64,000 nucleotides of DNA from a virus. The translations under genes and the position numbers were made by a program. How positions within the stretch are numbered: position 1 is the first letter of the stretch; each line of letters opens with the position of its first letter. This document shows, one piece after another, positions 36,644-46,436 of this stretch. The stretch is from IMG/VR virus record IMGVR_UViG_3300037258_000282, positions 32,001 through 96,000 of that record; one strand, 5' to 3'. A model generated the notes under the pieces. That model saw only the letters and a list, made by a program, of their open reading frames with translations. It searched no databases and had not been told where the DNA came from.

Positions 36644-37410
36644 ACTGACTCCATCTCTAATATCATCAGCCTACCATTAGAGTCTTCTACAACTGACGTT
36701 AGAGACTCAACCCAATCTCCAGTATTGATATACTCAACTCCATCTATACATTTTATAATAGCATGGTGGATGTGTCCACATATTACACCATCTACGCACA
36801 TCTGTCTAGCGTAGTCAGTAACTAATTTTTCAAACTTTGATATGAAGTTAATAACCGACTTCACTGAGTCCTTACCATATTGAGCTAATGACCAGTATGG
36901 CATTCCGAACAGCCATCTGACGTCATTCATGTACTTATTCAGGACGAATAGAGCCTCATAGAGGAAGTCGCCGAGATGCATCATCCATTTAGCTCTAGTC
37001 ATAAAGACGTCGAACTTATCTCCGTGAAGTATGAGATATCTCTTTCCAAAAGAAGTCTCAAATAACACTTCGTCAACTACAGAGATCGAGCCTAATCCTA
37101 TGTTGAACTCAGTTCTAGAAAACTTACGTAAAAACTCATCGTGATTTCCCGCGACCACATACACCTTAGTACCGAGTGAGGCCTTCTCAAGTATAAGTTG
37201 AACTATTTTAGTCTCGTACTTACTCCACCTCCACTTGGACTTCAGTGCCCACCCATCTATCACGTCGCCGACTAAGAATAGAAAGTCCGACTTCGTCGAC
37301 TTTAAGAAACTCAGCAGAGCCTTACTGTTGGCGTACTTCATCCCCAGATGCGCGTCTGAGATGAATATAGACCTATAGTATGATGGTTTAGTCAGGTCTA
37401 AAATCCTCAT
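36640..37410 (-). CDS. PlcP-like (LpxH-superfamily) metallophosphoesterase
   Basis: ISDAHLG, VGDVIDGW, GNHDE, HGD, CGHIH, NTGDWVES. Confidence 0.75.
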   Translation of the reverse strand: MRILDLTKPSYYRSIFISDAHLGMKYANSKALLSFLKSTKSDFLFLVGDVIDGWALKSKWRWSKYETKIVQLILEKASLGTKVYVVAGNHDEFLRKFSRTEFNIGLGSISVVDEVLFETSFGKRYLILHGDKFDVFMTRAKWMMHLGDFLYEALFVLNKYMNDVRWLFGMPYWSLAQYGKDSVKSVINFISKFEKLVTDYARQMCVDGVICGHIHHAIIKCIDGVEYINTGDWVESLTSVVEDSNGRLMILEMESV

Positions 37411-38158
37411 ACTCGCGAGTCACTTCCCTACCACCCGTAACAGCCAGGTAGTTCTTGACGTACGCTAGGGTGGTGTTAAATATACCCTGCTCGCGAAGTC
37501 TACGAGACGATGAGTATATCCACATCGCCGGAATAAGTCTAACACTACCGAAATTAGACAACCTTCTAGCGAGGTCCGTGTCCTCACCGTAGAATGGAAT
37601 GTTAGTAGAATGACCACCGGCCGCCGTCAGATATTTGCGCTTGAGGATGAAGTTGCCACCCTGAAGCGTCGGACCTATAATCATATTGGCAACTATATTC
37701 ATAATGTAGAACCCGGCGGCGCCGGCCTTGACCGGAAGGCTCATATCACTAAAATACAGCGGACCAGACACGACCGCGATATTTGGGTTCTCCACGAGTT
37801 GTACGATATTGTCAAGCCAGTTAGGTGGAACTATATTATCAGCGTCGATATAGGCGTGATACTGATACCTAGCAAAATCAGCTCCACGCTGACGGGCTCT
37901 AGTGACTCCCTTTTGAGACTCGAAAACTACACTTATCGGACACATCGACCTACTATCTTCAGTCGCCACCAGAGCGGCCTCGACATACGTCCGATCTGTA
38001 GAATTATTATCTACGACGATGATCTCAAAGTCACTTATAAGCCCGTCGAGCATCTCGTCCCTTGAGAATCTCTCGCACTCATCGAGAATCGACCTGACAC
38101 ACTTAGCTATACTCTTCTCCTCGTTATACGCGGGAATTATAAAGCTGATGCCACCCAA
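37388..38158 (-). CDS. family 2 glycosyltransferase
   Basis: IIPAYNEE, VVDNNSTD, IDAD, GED, SSRR. Confidence 0.85.
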   Translation of the reverse strand: MGGISFIIPAYNEEKSIAKCVRSILDECERFSRDEMLDGLISDFEIIVVDNNSTDRTYVEAALVATEDSRSMCPISVVFESQKGVTRARQRGADFARYQYHAYIDADNIVPPNWLDNIVQLVENPNIAVVSGPLYFSDMSLPVKAGAAGFYIMNIVANMIIGPTLQGGNFILKRKYLTAAGGHSTNIPFYGEDTDLARRLSNFGSVRLIPAMWIYSSSRRLREQGIFNTTLAYVKNYLAVTGGREVTREYEDFRPD

Positions 38159-38188
38159 GTTTAAACTCCTAATGTTTCAATAATAAAC

Positions 38189-38860
38189 CTAGTGCCATTC
38201 CAGGTTGAGATCGTCTAAGAATTCACTCTCGACGCTCAAGTCTATGGACTCGGGCGCGGGATGCGCGGGTTTGAGCGTCGAAGTAGTCGTCGAAGTATGC
38301 GGCTTGGTGAGGAGGTCATTAAATATGTCCCTAGACTCATCTTGCCCATCCATCTTCCCCCTAAGCCATGACACAGCAAATGAGGCATAGTTTATCAAGT
38401 CTTTGTATGTGTCCTCAAGTGACTCATTATTGGGTGTATTTCCAGACTCGATCAGCGACTGAGCCCTGAACATCTTTCCCATCATGATATCATGGATGGT
38501 GTCGATTCCACGGCGGTAGTGATCCGCCTGTCTCACTCGCGAGTTAGGGTTCTGATAGTCATGAGACTTTTTTCTCATGATGTCAATGCACTCATGAAGC
38601 ACGTTCATCGCTTCTGTGTTTGAAGCGTCAGATTTCTCGATCTGTGTGATGATCTCACAGTCCCTACATATGTTTTCTTCATACTGACCTTGAAGATAGA
38701 TCGCCTGATAAATCTCCACGTCAGTCTTACCACCGAGCCATTTCTTTACTTCGGGCTCGATCCAGTCAGCGATCTGACTGGCAGACATATGGAGCATAGA
38801 GTCTAAGTTATAAAAACTGACAGCATGTTGAATAGCCTCATTCAAAGTAGTACTCATCAT
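38189..38860 (-). CDS. DUF1599-like nucleotide-modification-associated protein
   Basis: KKSHDY...K..R...ESLEDT..DLINYA. Confidence 0.55.
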   Translation of the reverse strand: MMSTTLNEAIQHAVSFYNLDSMLHMSASQIADWIEPEVKKWLGGKTDVEIYQAIYLQGQYEENICRDCEIITQIEKSDASNTEAMNVLHECIDIMRKKSHDYQNPNSRVRQADHYRRGIDTIHDIMMGKMFRAQSLIESGNTPNNESLEDTYKDLINYASFAVSWLRGKMDGQDESRDIFNDLLTKPHTSTTTSTLKPAHPAPESIDLSVESEFLDDLNLEWH

Positions 38861-38881
38861 ATCTCTCCAACTCGTATATAC

Positions 38882-39313
38882 TTACGAAAATATGCCCTCG
38901 AGCATTCCATGATTGGACATGTGACTCGGGCCGCACCATCCAAATGGCTTGATGAGATCTGGCAGATTGAGGGGATTTGGTCGAGAGGGCTTTACCCCTG
39001 GAGCCTTTCTCATGTTCGCGTTGTGAACGGCGATCCAGGCCTTCGCGGTATCGACTCCAAACGTATCGAGCGTTCCAAGAGCGACTACGATAATATCTAC
39101 AAGCGCGTCGACAACGTCCTCTGCTGTCGTCGAGGAGTCCAGTTCGGCCATCTCCTCACGAAGGAAGTTCTTTCTGAACTCGAGAAGTTTCTTAAGCTGA
39201 TCTTTATCAAACTCAGCTACTCTCTTGGTGAACTCATAGAAGTCGTGCATCCCACGTATATCACCGATCATGTCGGGGTGAGAGTACGCCATATTATTCC
39301 TATGCAATTCCAT
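38882..39313 (-). CDS. MazG-like NTP pyrophosphohydrolase (candidate dCTPase/dUTPase)
   Basis: LREEMAEL...VVDALVD...VHNANMRK. Confidence 0.7.
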   Translation of the reverse strand: MELHRNNMAYSHPDMIGDIRGMHDFYEFTKRVAEFDKDQLKKLLEFRKNFLREEMAELDSSTTAEDVVDALVDIIVVALGTLDTFGVDTAKAWIAVHNANMRKAPGVKPSRPNPLNLPDLIKPFGWCGPSHMSNHGMLEGIFS

Positions 39314-39989
39314 CTAAACTCGCTCCATTTTCTGAATTCCAATCATCTATCATAGCTTCAATATCTATCCACTTCACCAGCGTGCTATCACTCGAAGTCA
39401 TATTCTTATCCCAAATATACCAGCAGTACTCGAGCATTCCACCAGTGTGATCCCGCGCGTTCGAAGAGGCGGCCATCTCCAGCGAGCAATTTATTCTTTT
39501 GGGAAACACTAGTACAGCAGTCGGAGGATTTACACTGAAGATCGACTTATATCTGCTTTGACTATTCATGAACTGCATTCTACAGAACATCGCGACGAAC
39601 GGAACTTTACTCCTCAACGCTCTCACTAAGAACCGCTCGGCCATCCTATTCTTATAGGGTGGATTGGTGATTATGGCACTTGACCAGTTTGAAAAACTAG
39701 TAAATCTAGTATCTGAAGAGTCGAGAAAGTCTACGCCATCAAGAACTTCTACCAGAGAATTCTCATACTTAAACTTATCAGTAGATAACACGTCGTGACC
39801 TAAGCGCTTAAGCTCAGCGGAGATATGTCCCATTCCCGCGGCGGGTTCCCATATGAATTCTGGAATATAATCCCAGTTCTTAACTAGGGAGTACGTCGCG
39901 AGGGGAGGCGTGGGATAGAAATCATTATCCTGCCTCTCTACTCCCCTCTTGTTTCCAAATCCGACTGTTGTAGCGAAATATGAAGTCAA
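39300..39989 (-). CDS. DNA amino (N6-A/N4-C) methyltransferase
   Basis: DFYPTP, WEPAAGMG, ITNPPY. Confidence 0.75.
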   Translation of the reverse strand: MTSYFATTVGFGNKRGVERQDNDFYPTPPLATYSLVKNWDYIPEFIWEPAAGMGHISAELKRLGHDVLSTDKFKYENSLVEVLDGVDFLDSSDTRFTSFSNWSSAIITNPPYKNRMAERFLVRALRSKVPFVAMFCRMQFMNSQSRYKSIFSVNPPTAVLVFPKRINCSLEMAASSNARDHTGGMLEYCWYIWDKNMTSSDSTLVKWIDIEAMIDDWNSENGASLDGIA

Positions 39990-40492
39990 TTTTGAATTAT
40001 CCAGTCTGGAACTTCTCTGTTCTTATATTTCAATAGATGTCTCTTATGGGTGTTATAGTACTTTCTATAAGACCCTACTACGTCTTCGTCGATGACGCAG
40101 TCGTCAGCGACGCATGGCACTATCACCGAGAAGTCGACTTCTCCGACGAATTTTTTAACGTTCAGCGGAGGTGACTGCAATTGATAGAGCATAGACGAGC
40201 ACTTGTGCTCTCTCCCATATCTGAACTTATACTCCACGAGAAGCCCATGAAAATGATCCGCTAGCCACCAGTAGTTATCGACTGACTCTCGACACCACTT
40301 AGCGCACGGATGATTGACGTGCGTCTTCTTATAGAAGACCAACTCGCGTTCGTCGGGCAGAGGATCGCCGTCTGCTACTCTATGCGCCGTGGAGAGAAGC
40401 TGAGCCGTTTCTAGAACCATCTTAACGACGTGCTTATCACACATCATCCTGGCTGCCTCCCAGGGCTCCTCGTGAAGAAAAAATATGTTCAT
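39986..40492 (-). CDS. pyrimidine-dimer DNA glycosylase-like protein (DenV family)
   Basis: MNIFFL...CDKHVVKMVLETAQLLS, THVNHPC, YRKYY. Confidence 0.7.
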   Translation of the reverse strand: MNIFFLHEEPWEAARMMCDKHVVKMVLETAQLLSTAHRVADGDPLPDERELVFYKKTHVNHPCAKWCRESVDNYWWLADHFHGLLVEYKFRYGREHKCSSMLYQLQSPPLNVKKFVGEVDFSVIVPCVADDCVIDEDVVGSYRKYYNTHKRHLLKYKNREVPDWIIQN

Positions 40493-40498
40493 GTGATG

Positions 40499-40527
40499 AT
40501 ACTACCACCATTTTATCAGATTGTAAA
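40499..40527 (-). promoter_or_regulatory. sigma70-like promoter heading the modification cluster
   Basis: TTTACA-17-TAGTAT. Confidence 0.55.
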
Positions 40528-41049
40528 TCACTTTCTTATGTACTTCATCAGGCCGATGCCAGAATAATCAACTTCGTGAGCGTTCTTTATCGCCCTATCC
40601 AGAGTTATCCTATTAACTAGACCCTCGAAGAACACCTTTCCATCGAGGTGCATCAGCTCGTGCTGTATGACTCTAGCCGTAATACCGGTATACTGGGCCG
40701 TGTCGACATGCGAGTTTGGTAAGGCAAACCTGAGTCTAATGTGAAGAGGTCGGCGGATTGGAACTACTAAGTGTGGATAGGTCACACACGCTTCGTTAAA
40801 CTTAAGATCTTCTGCTGAGAAAGTAAGCAGTCGCGGATTGAAGAACACGAAGTTCTCAGGAGAGCCCCTCATGGCGAATATTCTATAGGGTACGCCGACC
40901 TGATTCGACGCGAGGCCGACCGCTCCCGTTTCATACATAAAATGCACGAGCTCAGACGCGAACTCAATGGGATCGAACGGTGGGTTCGCGAAGTCAAACT
41001 CTTTAGTTGGAGTTGACAGTACTGGATCATCGTACCTCACTAGTTCCAT
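40528..41049 (-). CDS. def: peptide deformylase
   Basis: VGLASNQVG, FFNP, EACVT, QHELMHLDG. Confidence 0.8.
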   Translation of the reverse strand: MELVRYDDPVLSTPTKEFDFANPPFDPIEFASELVHFMYETGAVGLASNQVGVPYRIFAMRGSPENFVFFNPRLLTFSAEDLKFNEACVTYPHLVVPIRRPLHIRLRFALPNSHVDTAQYTGITARVIQHELMHLDGKVFFEGLVNRITLDRAIKNAHEVDYSGIGLMKYIRK

Positions 41050-41057
41050 GACTCATC

Positions 41058-42761
41058 CTAGCATATCTGTGAGAAGTTCTTCACCTTCTCGAACCTTATG
41101 ATCTGGTTGAACCTATCTACGAGCTGCTCCTTATGAGAGATGACTACTATGTTGCTCTCTGACGAAGCCTGCCTAATTATCTCCATGACTCCATCTATGG
41201 CCGTGGCGTCGAGAGATGAGTCGAATACCTCGTCAAGTATCAGCAAGTTTGTCGACGCGGAGTTTCTCATCTTAGATATCGCCCTCCACGTGAAGAGCAG
41301 AGCTAGGTCTATTCTCTGCTTCTCGCCCTCTGAGAACGAGAAGTACGAGTACTCATCTCTGTGCCTACTTCTGATCTTCTCATCGAAATTCTCGTCTAGC
41401 TCAAACTGAACGGTCATCTCCATGACCGAAAGGTACTTGTTTATCAGCCTGTTGATAATGGGAACGTACTGCTTGACTATCTTAGCCTTTATCCCGCCAT
41501 CCTTAAGTAGGGCCGCCAGCACGTTGAAGACCTGCTGCCTATCATTAAGAGTCTTCTGACGCTGCTCGATCTCTCTAGACTCTTCCATGAGAGCGCTGAG
41601 GTTGGTCGTTAAGTCGACCTCACTTCTCTTTGATATTCTCTTAAAATCTGACTCTAGACTGCTTATGTACTCTAAAAGAGATGATAACTTCATCGATCTT
41701 CGAGCGATCTCTATGTTTATAGAGCTGACCATGGATCTTACCTCGTCCATAGCCTTGATCTTATCTTCTCTTCCCGAGATTTCTAGATCGATCTTAGATA
41801 GACCAGACTCAAGTTCGTCTAGTACTATCTGCTTTTCCCCGATAGACTCATCCCTGAAGTGCTCGTCTATAGGTCTCTTGCACGTAGGACACGTCGTATT
41901 CTTCTTGAAGAAATTAACGTCCCGGTTGATAACTGATCGATTGGCTTCGATCTTGTGCTTAAGTCCTAGCACGAGCTCAAGTTTTGACTTAGCGTCTGTA
42001 TAGTCCGGCTGAAAGAACGGCAACTTTTCACTCTTAAACTTCAGCTCGTCTATCTCTCTGGAGGTAGACTCCATCTCGGCCTGAGTGCGACTGATGAGCT
42101 CGCTTTTCTCGGCTAAGAGCAGCGCTACGTCCACCGCGCTCTCATCCTGCTGCTTGCGAACGTAATCGACCTTGGCCGCAACTATCCTCTTATCGGAGGT
42201 TATCTTTATAGCCTCTTCCTGAAGCTTCTGCACCCTATCCCTAAGCAGTGAGTTCATCTTAGTAAACACCTGCAGGTCGAGGATGTCTTCGACTATCTCT
42301 CTCCTCCTTCCAGCTGGAAGCTGCATGAACGGCTGAAAGGTCGCGGCTCCAAGTACTACCACCTGAGAGAAGGTCTTATGACTCATCTTGAGTATAGACT
42401 TCTCAAATACCGTCTGATAGTCGCGAGCGTCGGCAGACTGATTCAAGAGTGAACCAGACACGTAGAGTTCGAATACGCTCGGGCGCATGCCGCGAACGAC
42501 CTTATAGTTGCTCGCGCTGATAGTGAACTCCAACTCTACTACGAGGTTCTTTCCCGTGATAGAGTTTATAAGCTGAGGCTTGTTTATATTTCTAAACGGC
42601 TTTCCGAATAGAGCGAATGAGATCGCATCCATAAGCGAGCTCTTACCCGAGCCGTTATTACCCAAGATAAGAGTAGACGAGTGAGAGTCTAGCTCTATCT
42701 CAGTAAAGTCATTGCCAGTCGAAAGTAAGTTCTTATATCGCACTCTACTAAAAGATATCAC
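41058..42761 (-). CDS. 46: recombination ATPase gp46 (Rad50-like)
   Basis: GNNGSGKS, CPTC hook, FSEGEK, LILDEVFD, VISH. Confidence 0.95.
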   Translation of the reverse strand: MISFSRVRYKNLLSTGNDFTEIELDSHSSTLILGNNGSGKSSLMDAISFALFGKPFRNINKPQLINSITGKNLVVELEFTISASNYKVVRGMRPSVFELYVSGSLLNQSADARDYQTVFEKSILKMSHKTFSQVVVLGAATFQPFMQLPAGRRREIVEDILDLQVFTKMNSLLRDRVQKLQEEAIKITSDKRIVAAKVDYVRKQQDESAVDVALLLAEKSELISRTQAEMESTSREIDELKFKSEKLPFFQPDYTDAKSKLELVLGLKHKIEANRSVINRDVNFFKKNTTCPTCKRPIDEHFRDESIGEKQIVLDELESGLSKIDLEISGREDKIKAMDEVRSMVSSINIEIARRSMKLSSLLEYISSLESDFKRISKRSEVDLTTNLSALMEESREIEQRQKTLNDRQQVFNVLAALLKDGGIKAKIVKQYVPIINRLINKYLSVMEMTVQFELDENFDEKIRSRHRDEYSYFSFSEGEKQRIDLALLFTWRAISKMRNSASTNLLILDEVFDSSLDATAIDGVMEIIRQASSESNIVVISHKEQLVDRFNQIIRFEKVKNFSQIC

Positions 42762-42765
42762 CCAC

Positions 42766-43833
42766 TTACTCCATCGACATCGACTCGTTATAGAGTTCTA
42801 CCAACCCAGCCTCTATCTTAGCCACGTCGGCTTCCGAAAACTGCTGTCTGTCGACGTATCTCATGCATATCTGTAGAGTCGACTCGGACTCATGTACTAT
42901 CTCTTCGAAGTCATCGTCGTCTTCACCTCCTAGAGATATAGAGAACGTATCTTCCACTACCTGAAGATCATATACTCCCGCGGCCTCCACGGCGTCGAAA
43001 AACTTATCGAAGGCATACGCGTCTGTCTTACTCTCCACTACTATCTTGACGTAACAGTCCCTAAGGAGTGAGAAGTCTCGATCAAGTTGATCTCCCTGCG
43101 TGTCATTATATCTTAACTTCTTAAACGCCTCGTGTGGATTTCTCACGAATTCCATCTCGCGAGTATCAGTGTCAAACACGTGAAAGCCACGCGAGTCGCC
43201 GTGATCTGCCCAAGTATAGTAGCCGGCTGAGCCTAGGTAGAAGATATGTCCATCTGAAGACTTATGGTGAAAGTGCCCTGAATAAACGGCGTCGAACTTT
43301 TGAAATACGTCTCTACTCATGCCGTCAGTAGACACTGATCCACGATACATCTCAAAGCCCGCGATCTCGAGATGACCAAAGCACACGCGCGCCTCGGTCG
43401 AGGCGATCTCTCTGATGGACCTCTCGCGATTGTCGTCGCATATCCACGGCACCATCAGCATGGGAACTCCCCCGAGACTTATGGTCTGAGCGGTATCATA
43501 TATGCTGACTGGATGATGCCCGAGAAGTTCTATAACTGAGGATACCTCGTTGGTGTTCTTATACGTAACGTCGTGATTACCTAGAGTAATATGCAGGTCT
43601 ATGCCGCGATCGAGTATCGGCTGAGTAAAGTCCTGCCTAAGGGCTCTTGCGGTCGCTATAGAGACGTACTTCCTCCGATCCAGGACGTCTCCAACGTGAA
43701 TTACGGTACGTATCCCGTGCTCGTCTAGGTATGGAAAGAACGTCTCTCGAAAGAAGGCCCCGCTCTTAGCGAGCAGTAGGCTGTTGTCGTTTCTCACTCC
43801 AACGTGAGTGTCGGCTATCACGGCTATCTTCAC
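42766..43833 (-). CDS. 47: recombination nuclease gp47 (Mre11-like)
   Basis: DTHVG, GDVLDRR, GNHD, SGHFH. Confidence 0.93.
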   Translation of the reverse strand: MKIAVIADTHVGVRNDNSLLLAKSGAFFRETFFPYLDEHGIRTVIHVGDVLDRRKYVSIATARALRQDFTQPILDRGIDLHITLGNHDVTYKNTNEVSSVIELLGHHPVSIYDTAQTISLGGVPMLMVPWICDDNRERSIREIASTEARVCFGHLEIAGFEMYRGSVSTDGMSRDVFQKFDAVYSGHFHHKSSDGHIFYLGSAGYYTWADHGDSRGFHVFDTDTREMEFVRNPHEAFKKLRYNDTQGDQLDRDFSLLRDCYVKIVVESKTDAYAFDKFFDAVEAAGVYDLQVVEDTFSISLGGEDDDDFEEIVHESESTLQICMRYVDRQQFSEADVAKIEAGLVELYNESMSME

Positions 43834-43872
43834 TGATCTTTACGTCGCTCGCGTTCTATCCACACTGAGATT

Positions 43873-43901
43873 ACTATATCACTAAGAGGTCGCGGTGTCA
43901 A
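43873..43901 (-). promoter_or_regulatory. sigma70-like promoter for gp47-46
   Basis: TTGACA-17-TATAGT. Confidence 0.65.
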
Positions 43902-44403
43902 CCTTAGTCTTCTTCTTGATCTTGCTCTTTTCCATCGTGCTCTCAAACGATCTTATCACCTCTTCATGAGATAAATTTCTAGACACTTCTCCAGAATTTA
44001 CCATGTCATTCAGCAAGGTAGTCTCGAAGTATTTATGCTTGACGTAGTTCTGCTTCTTCTCCTTCGAGATCCTCCTGATATACGCGTTCCAGGCGATCTT
44101 AGTAAAGTATGCGAACGGATTGTTAGTCTTATCTGGGTTAAAGTTATCGACCGCCGCGATGCAGTCTAAGATTCCATCTCCGACGAGATCGTAGGTGTAT
44201 CCCGCGAAGTTTCCCTTCTTAGATAAATTCGCACAGATGAGCATTATCGCCCTACCTATGTAGTCAGGAACGATGGGCCTAGACTTCTCTGTCGCGTCGG
44301 CCTCAGCGATCATCTTCCGGTATTTCACCATCGCGTCGTAGAGATCGCGATTATTGATGTAGTTTCTAGTCTTCTTCTTGACCTGAGTCTTGATCTGCTG
44401 CAA
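43882..44403 (-). CDS. 55: late sigma factor gp55
   Basis: NYINN, NFAGYTY, NPFAYFTKIAWNAYIRRISKEK. Confidence 0.92.
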   Translation of the reverse strand: MQQIKTQVKKKTRNYINNRDLYDAMVKYRKMIAEADATEKSRPIVPDYIGRAIMLICANLSKKGNFAGYTYDLVGDGILDCIAAVDNFNPDKTNNPFAYFTKIAWNAYIRRISKEKKQNYVKHKYFETTLLNDMVNSGEVSRNLSHEEVIRSFESTMEKSKIKKKTKVDTATS

Positions 44404-44503
44404 TAGTTAACCCTCTCTTAAAAAAAGAAATACTTTATCCCACTTATACGTAGTAGTGTGATGAATTTGTCACAGTTTTTTCCAAAAAGTCAAAGTTTTG
44501 CTA

Positions 44504-44532
44504 TTGACAAATCTGAGGTTTGACGGTATAAT
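44504..44532 (+). promoter_or_regulatory. perfect-consensus sigma70 promoter on the plus strand
   Basis: TTGACA (44504-09), 17 nt, TATAAT (44527-32). Confidence 0.85.
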
Positions 44533-44537
44533 CGTCT

Positions 44538-44780
44538 CTTACTACAGAGAGACAAACGACGAATTACCACTGAGCCGAGGACGCCGAAGGCGGACTCACG
44601 GAGGGCGACTCCGCCCGACGTCGACTGAACCACTCTCACTGAGACCACTGCGACTACCTTACGATCAACGTCAGCCAAGATGTGGGCTCTTCTGTAAAGA
44701 GCCCCTAGCGGGGCCACTGGCGGATCCATTGAACACTGGAGGGCAGGCCCTCCAGGACGCCTTGCGGCGTCATACCTGAG
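44538..44780 (+). ncRNA. candidate structured non-coding RNA or origin transcript, family unknown
   Basis: GC-rich intergenic region with at least five hairpins directly downstream of a consensus promoter; no credible ORF. Confidence 0.5.
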
Positions 44781-44791
44781 ATCTTCTAGAA

Positions 44792-46243
44792 TCATATCGA
44801 GATATTATAGGTCTTAAATGGAAATTCTTCTGAAGCGTAGATCTTAAGTCTCTCGATCATGTGAAGGATGGTAAAATTCTTATGAGACTTCCACGATAGA
44901 TCGTCGGCGACGTCGTAGAGCTTCGCGTGACTCTTGGTATCGTGAAGCCTCAGCATCCTACCGATAGACTGAAGATTCTTGATCTTTCCCTTAGAAGGAG
45001 ACGCAAATATCACGTTGTGAAGCTTCTTAATATTAGTACCCGTCGAGAAAGTTCCATCAGACGCTACTATGATCGCGTCGTCTTCTGTCTCGATTATCTT
45101 ACGAATCTCATCTCTATCTAATCCATCTACCTCTCCGGATATATAGTAGACGTTCCTGTCACTACCTACTTCGTCTCGTATCATGTCATACAAGACCTTT
45201 CCATGCTTCTCCACGAAATGAAACATCACGAGAGTATTTCCCTTGAGTGATATAGCTAGATTCCTGATAAAGCAGTTTCTCTCTCTACACCTCACGAGAT
45301 GATCCATCTCCTCTGGATACTTCATCTTGAAGCAGGATTTTCTAACGTCATCTGAGTACTGAAGCACCAAGACCTTTATCTGAAGCTTAGATATCTTATC
45401 GTCATCCATAAGCTTCTTGGAGGTAGTCACTCGATAGGTAGGTCCAAATAGACCGTTTAGAACCATCTCATTACACTTGGTCCCATCAAGCGTTCCAGTA
45501 AAGCCGTACCTATACTTGACTTTAGTGCACTTCTCCATGATCCCAGTTATAGACTTAGCTTTCGCGAGATGAGCCTCATCGCCAACTACGCAAGAGAACT
45601 GATCGAACCACTCCTGCGGCATCTGAAATATACTCTGCCAGGTCGACACTATCACGTCACGATCAGTACTCTTATCGGCTCCAGCCATTATCTTATGACA
45701 GTAGTCCTCAGGAGCCCCATACTCAGTAAAATCTGACTCCATCTGATGCACGAGTTGAGTCGTCGGAACTATTATCAGCTTTCTTCCAGATACGTATCGA
45801 CATATGAGATATATCATCATCGACTTTCCAGATGCGGTTGGAGAGACGTAGAGCTCGCGCCTCTTCCTCACCGCCCTGACGAAAGTAGAGAACTGATAGT
45901 CGCGTAGCTCAAACTTCTCTGGAATCTTCAGCGTCTTGATGAAGTCCGCCGCCTCCTTTCCTGAGAATTGATCTTCAGTAAAGTCGGAAGACTTGTCGAA
46001 CTGATACCCACTCGACTTACAGAACTCTCCTATGGAATCTGCTAGCCCAGCGTATATCACGCACGTCATGGGGTTGAACAGGCGTATGCGCCCGTCCCAG
46101 ATTCCCCTCTTGTACAGGGGGGTGAACTTGTACCCCGGCACCATGAAGGAGAACGCGTCGCGAAGCTCGAATGCTGTAGATGGCTCGCAGTATATCTTCA
46201 AGTAGACCTCGTTGATCTTTACTATAGATACTACTTCTGTCAA
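44792..46243 (-). CDS. uvsW: UvsW helicase
   Basis: SPTASGKS, GDEAH, GFTGT, QSIGRMLR; probable TTG start at 46243. Confidence 0.93.
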   Translation of the reverse strand: MTEVVSIVKINEVYLKIYCEPSTAFELRDAFSFMVPGYKFTPLYKRGIWDGRIRLFNPMTCVIYAGLADSIGEFCKSSGYQFDKSSDFTEDQFSGKEAADFIKTLKIPEKFELRDYQFSTFVRAVRKRRELYVSPTASGKSMMIYLICRYVSGRKLIIVPTTQLVHQMESDFTEYGAPEDYCHKIMAGADKSTDRDVIVSTWQSIFQMPQEWFDQFSCVVGDEAHLAKAKSITGIMEKCTKVKYRYGFTGTLDGTKCNEMVLNGLFGPTYRVTTSKKLMDDDKISKLQIKVLVLQYSDDVRKSCFKMKYPEEMDHLVRCRERNCFIRNLAISLKGNTLVMFHFVEKHGKVLYDMIRDEVGSDRNVYYISGEVDGLDRDEIRKIIETEDDAIIVASDGTFSTGTNIKKLHNVIFASPSKGKIKNLQSIGRMLRLHDTKSHAKLYDVADDLSWKSHKNFTILHMIERLKIYASEEFPFKTYNISI

Positions 46244-46244
46244 C

Positions 46245-46436
46245 TCATTCCTTCCACGTAAACTTATATGGCAACTCGCTGGGTCCAACCGCCGTGTTGT
46301 ACTTCTCGCAGTACTTATTTCTGCATCTCTTATAATATAAGTGAATCATCCTCGAATAGTCTATCTCGTGAGAGATCTTATAACTCGTGTTGCACGTTGG
46401 GCAATTAGACTCCCGCGCGAAATTTTTCATATTCAA
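46245..46436 (-). CDS. small Zn-ribbon-like hypothetical protein
   Basis: CPTC...CRNKYC. Confidence 0.4.
   Translation of the reverse strand: MNMKNFARESNCPTCNTSYKISHEIDYSRMIHLYYKRCRNKYCEKYNTAVGPSELPYKFTWKE

Noticed and set aside
44490-44795. ORFs 44490..44795 (-) and 44498..44779 (+)
   Set aside because: No SD, no recognisable motifs; the plus ORF starts upstream of the promoter; better explained as structured non-coding sequence
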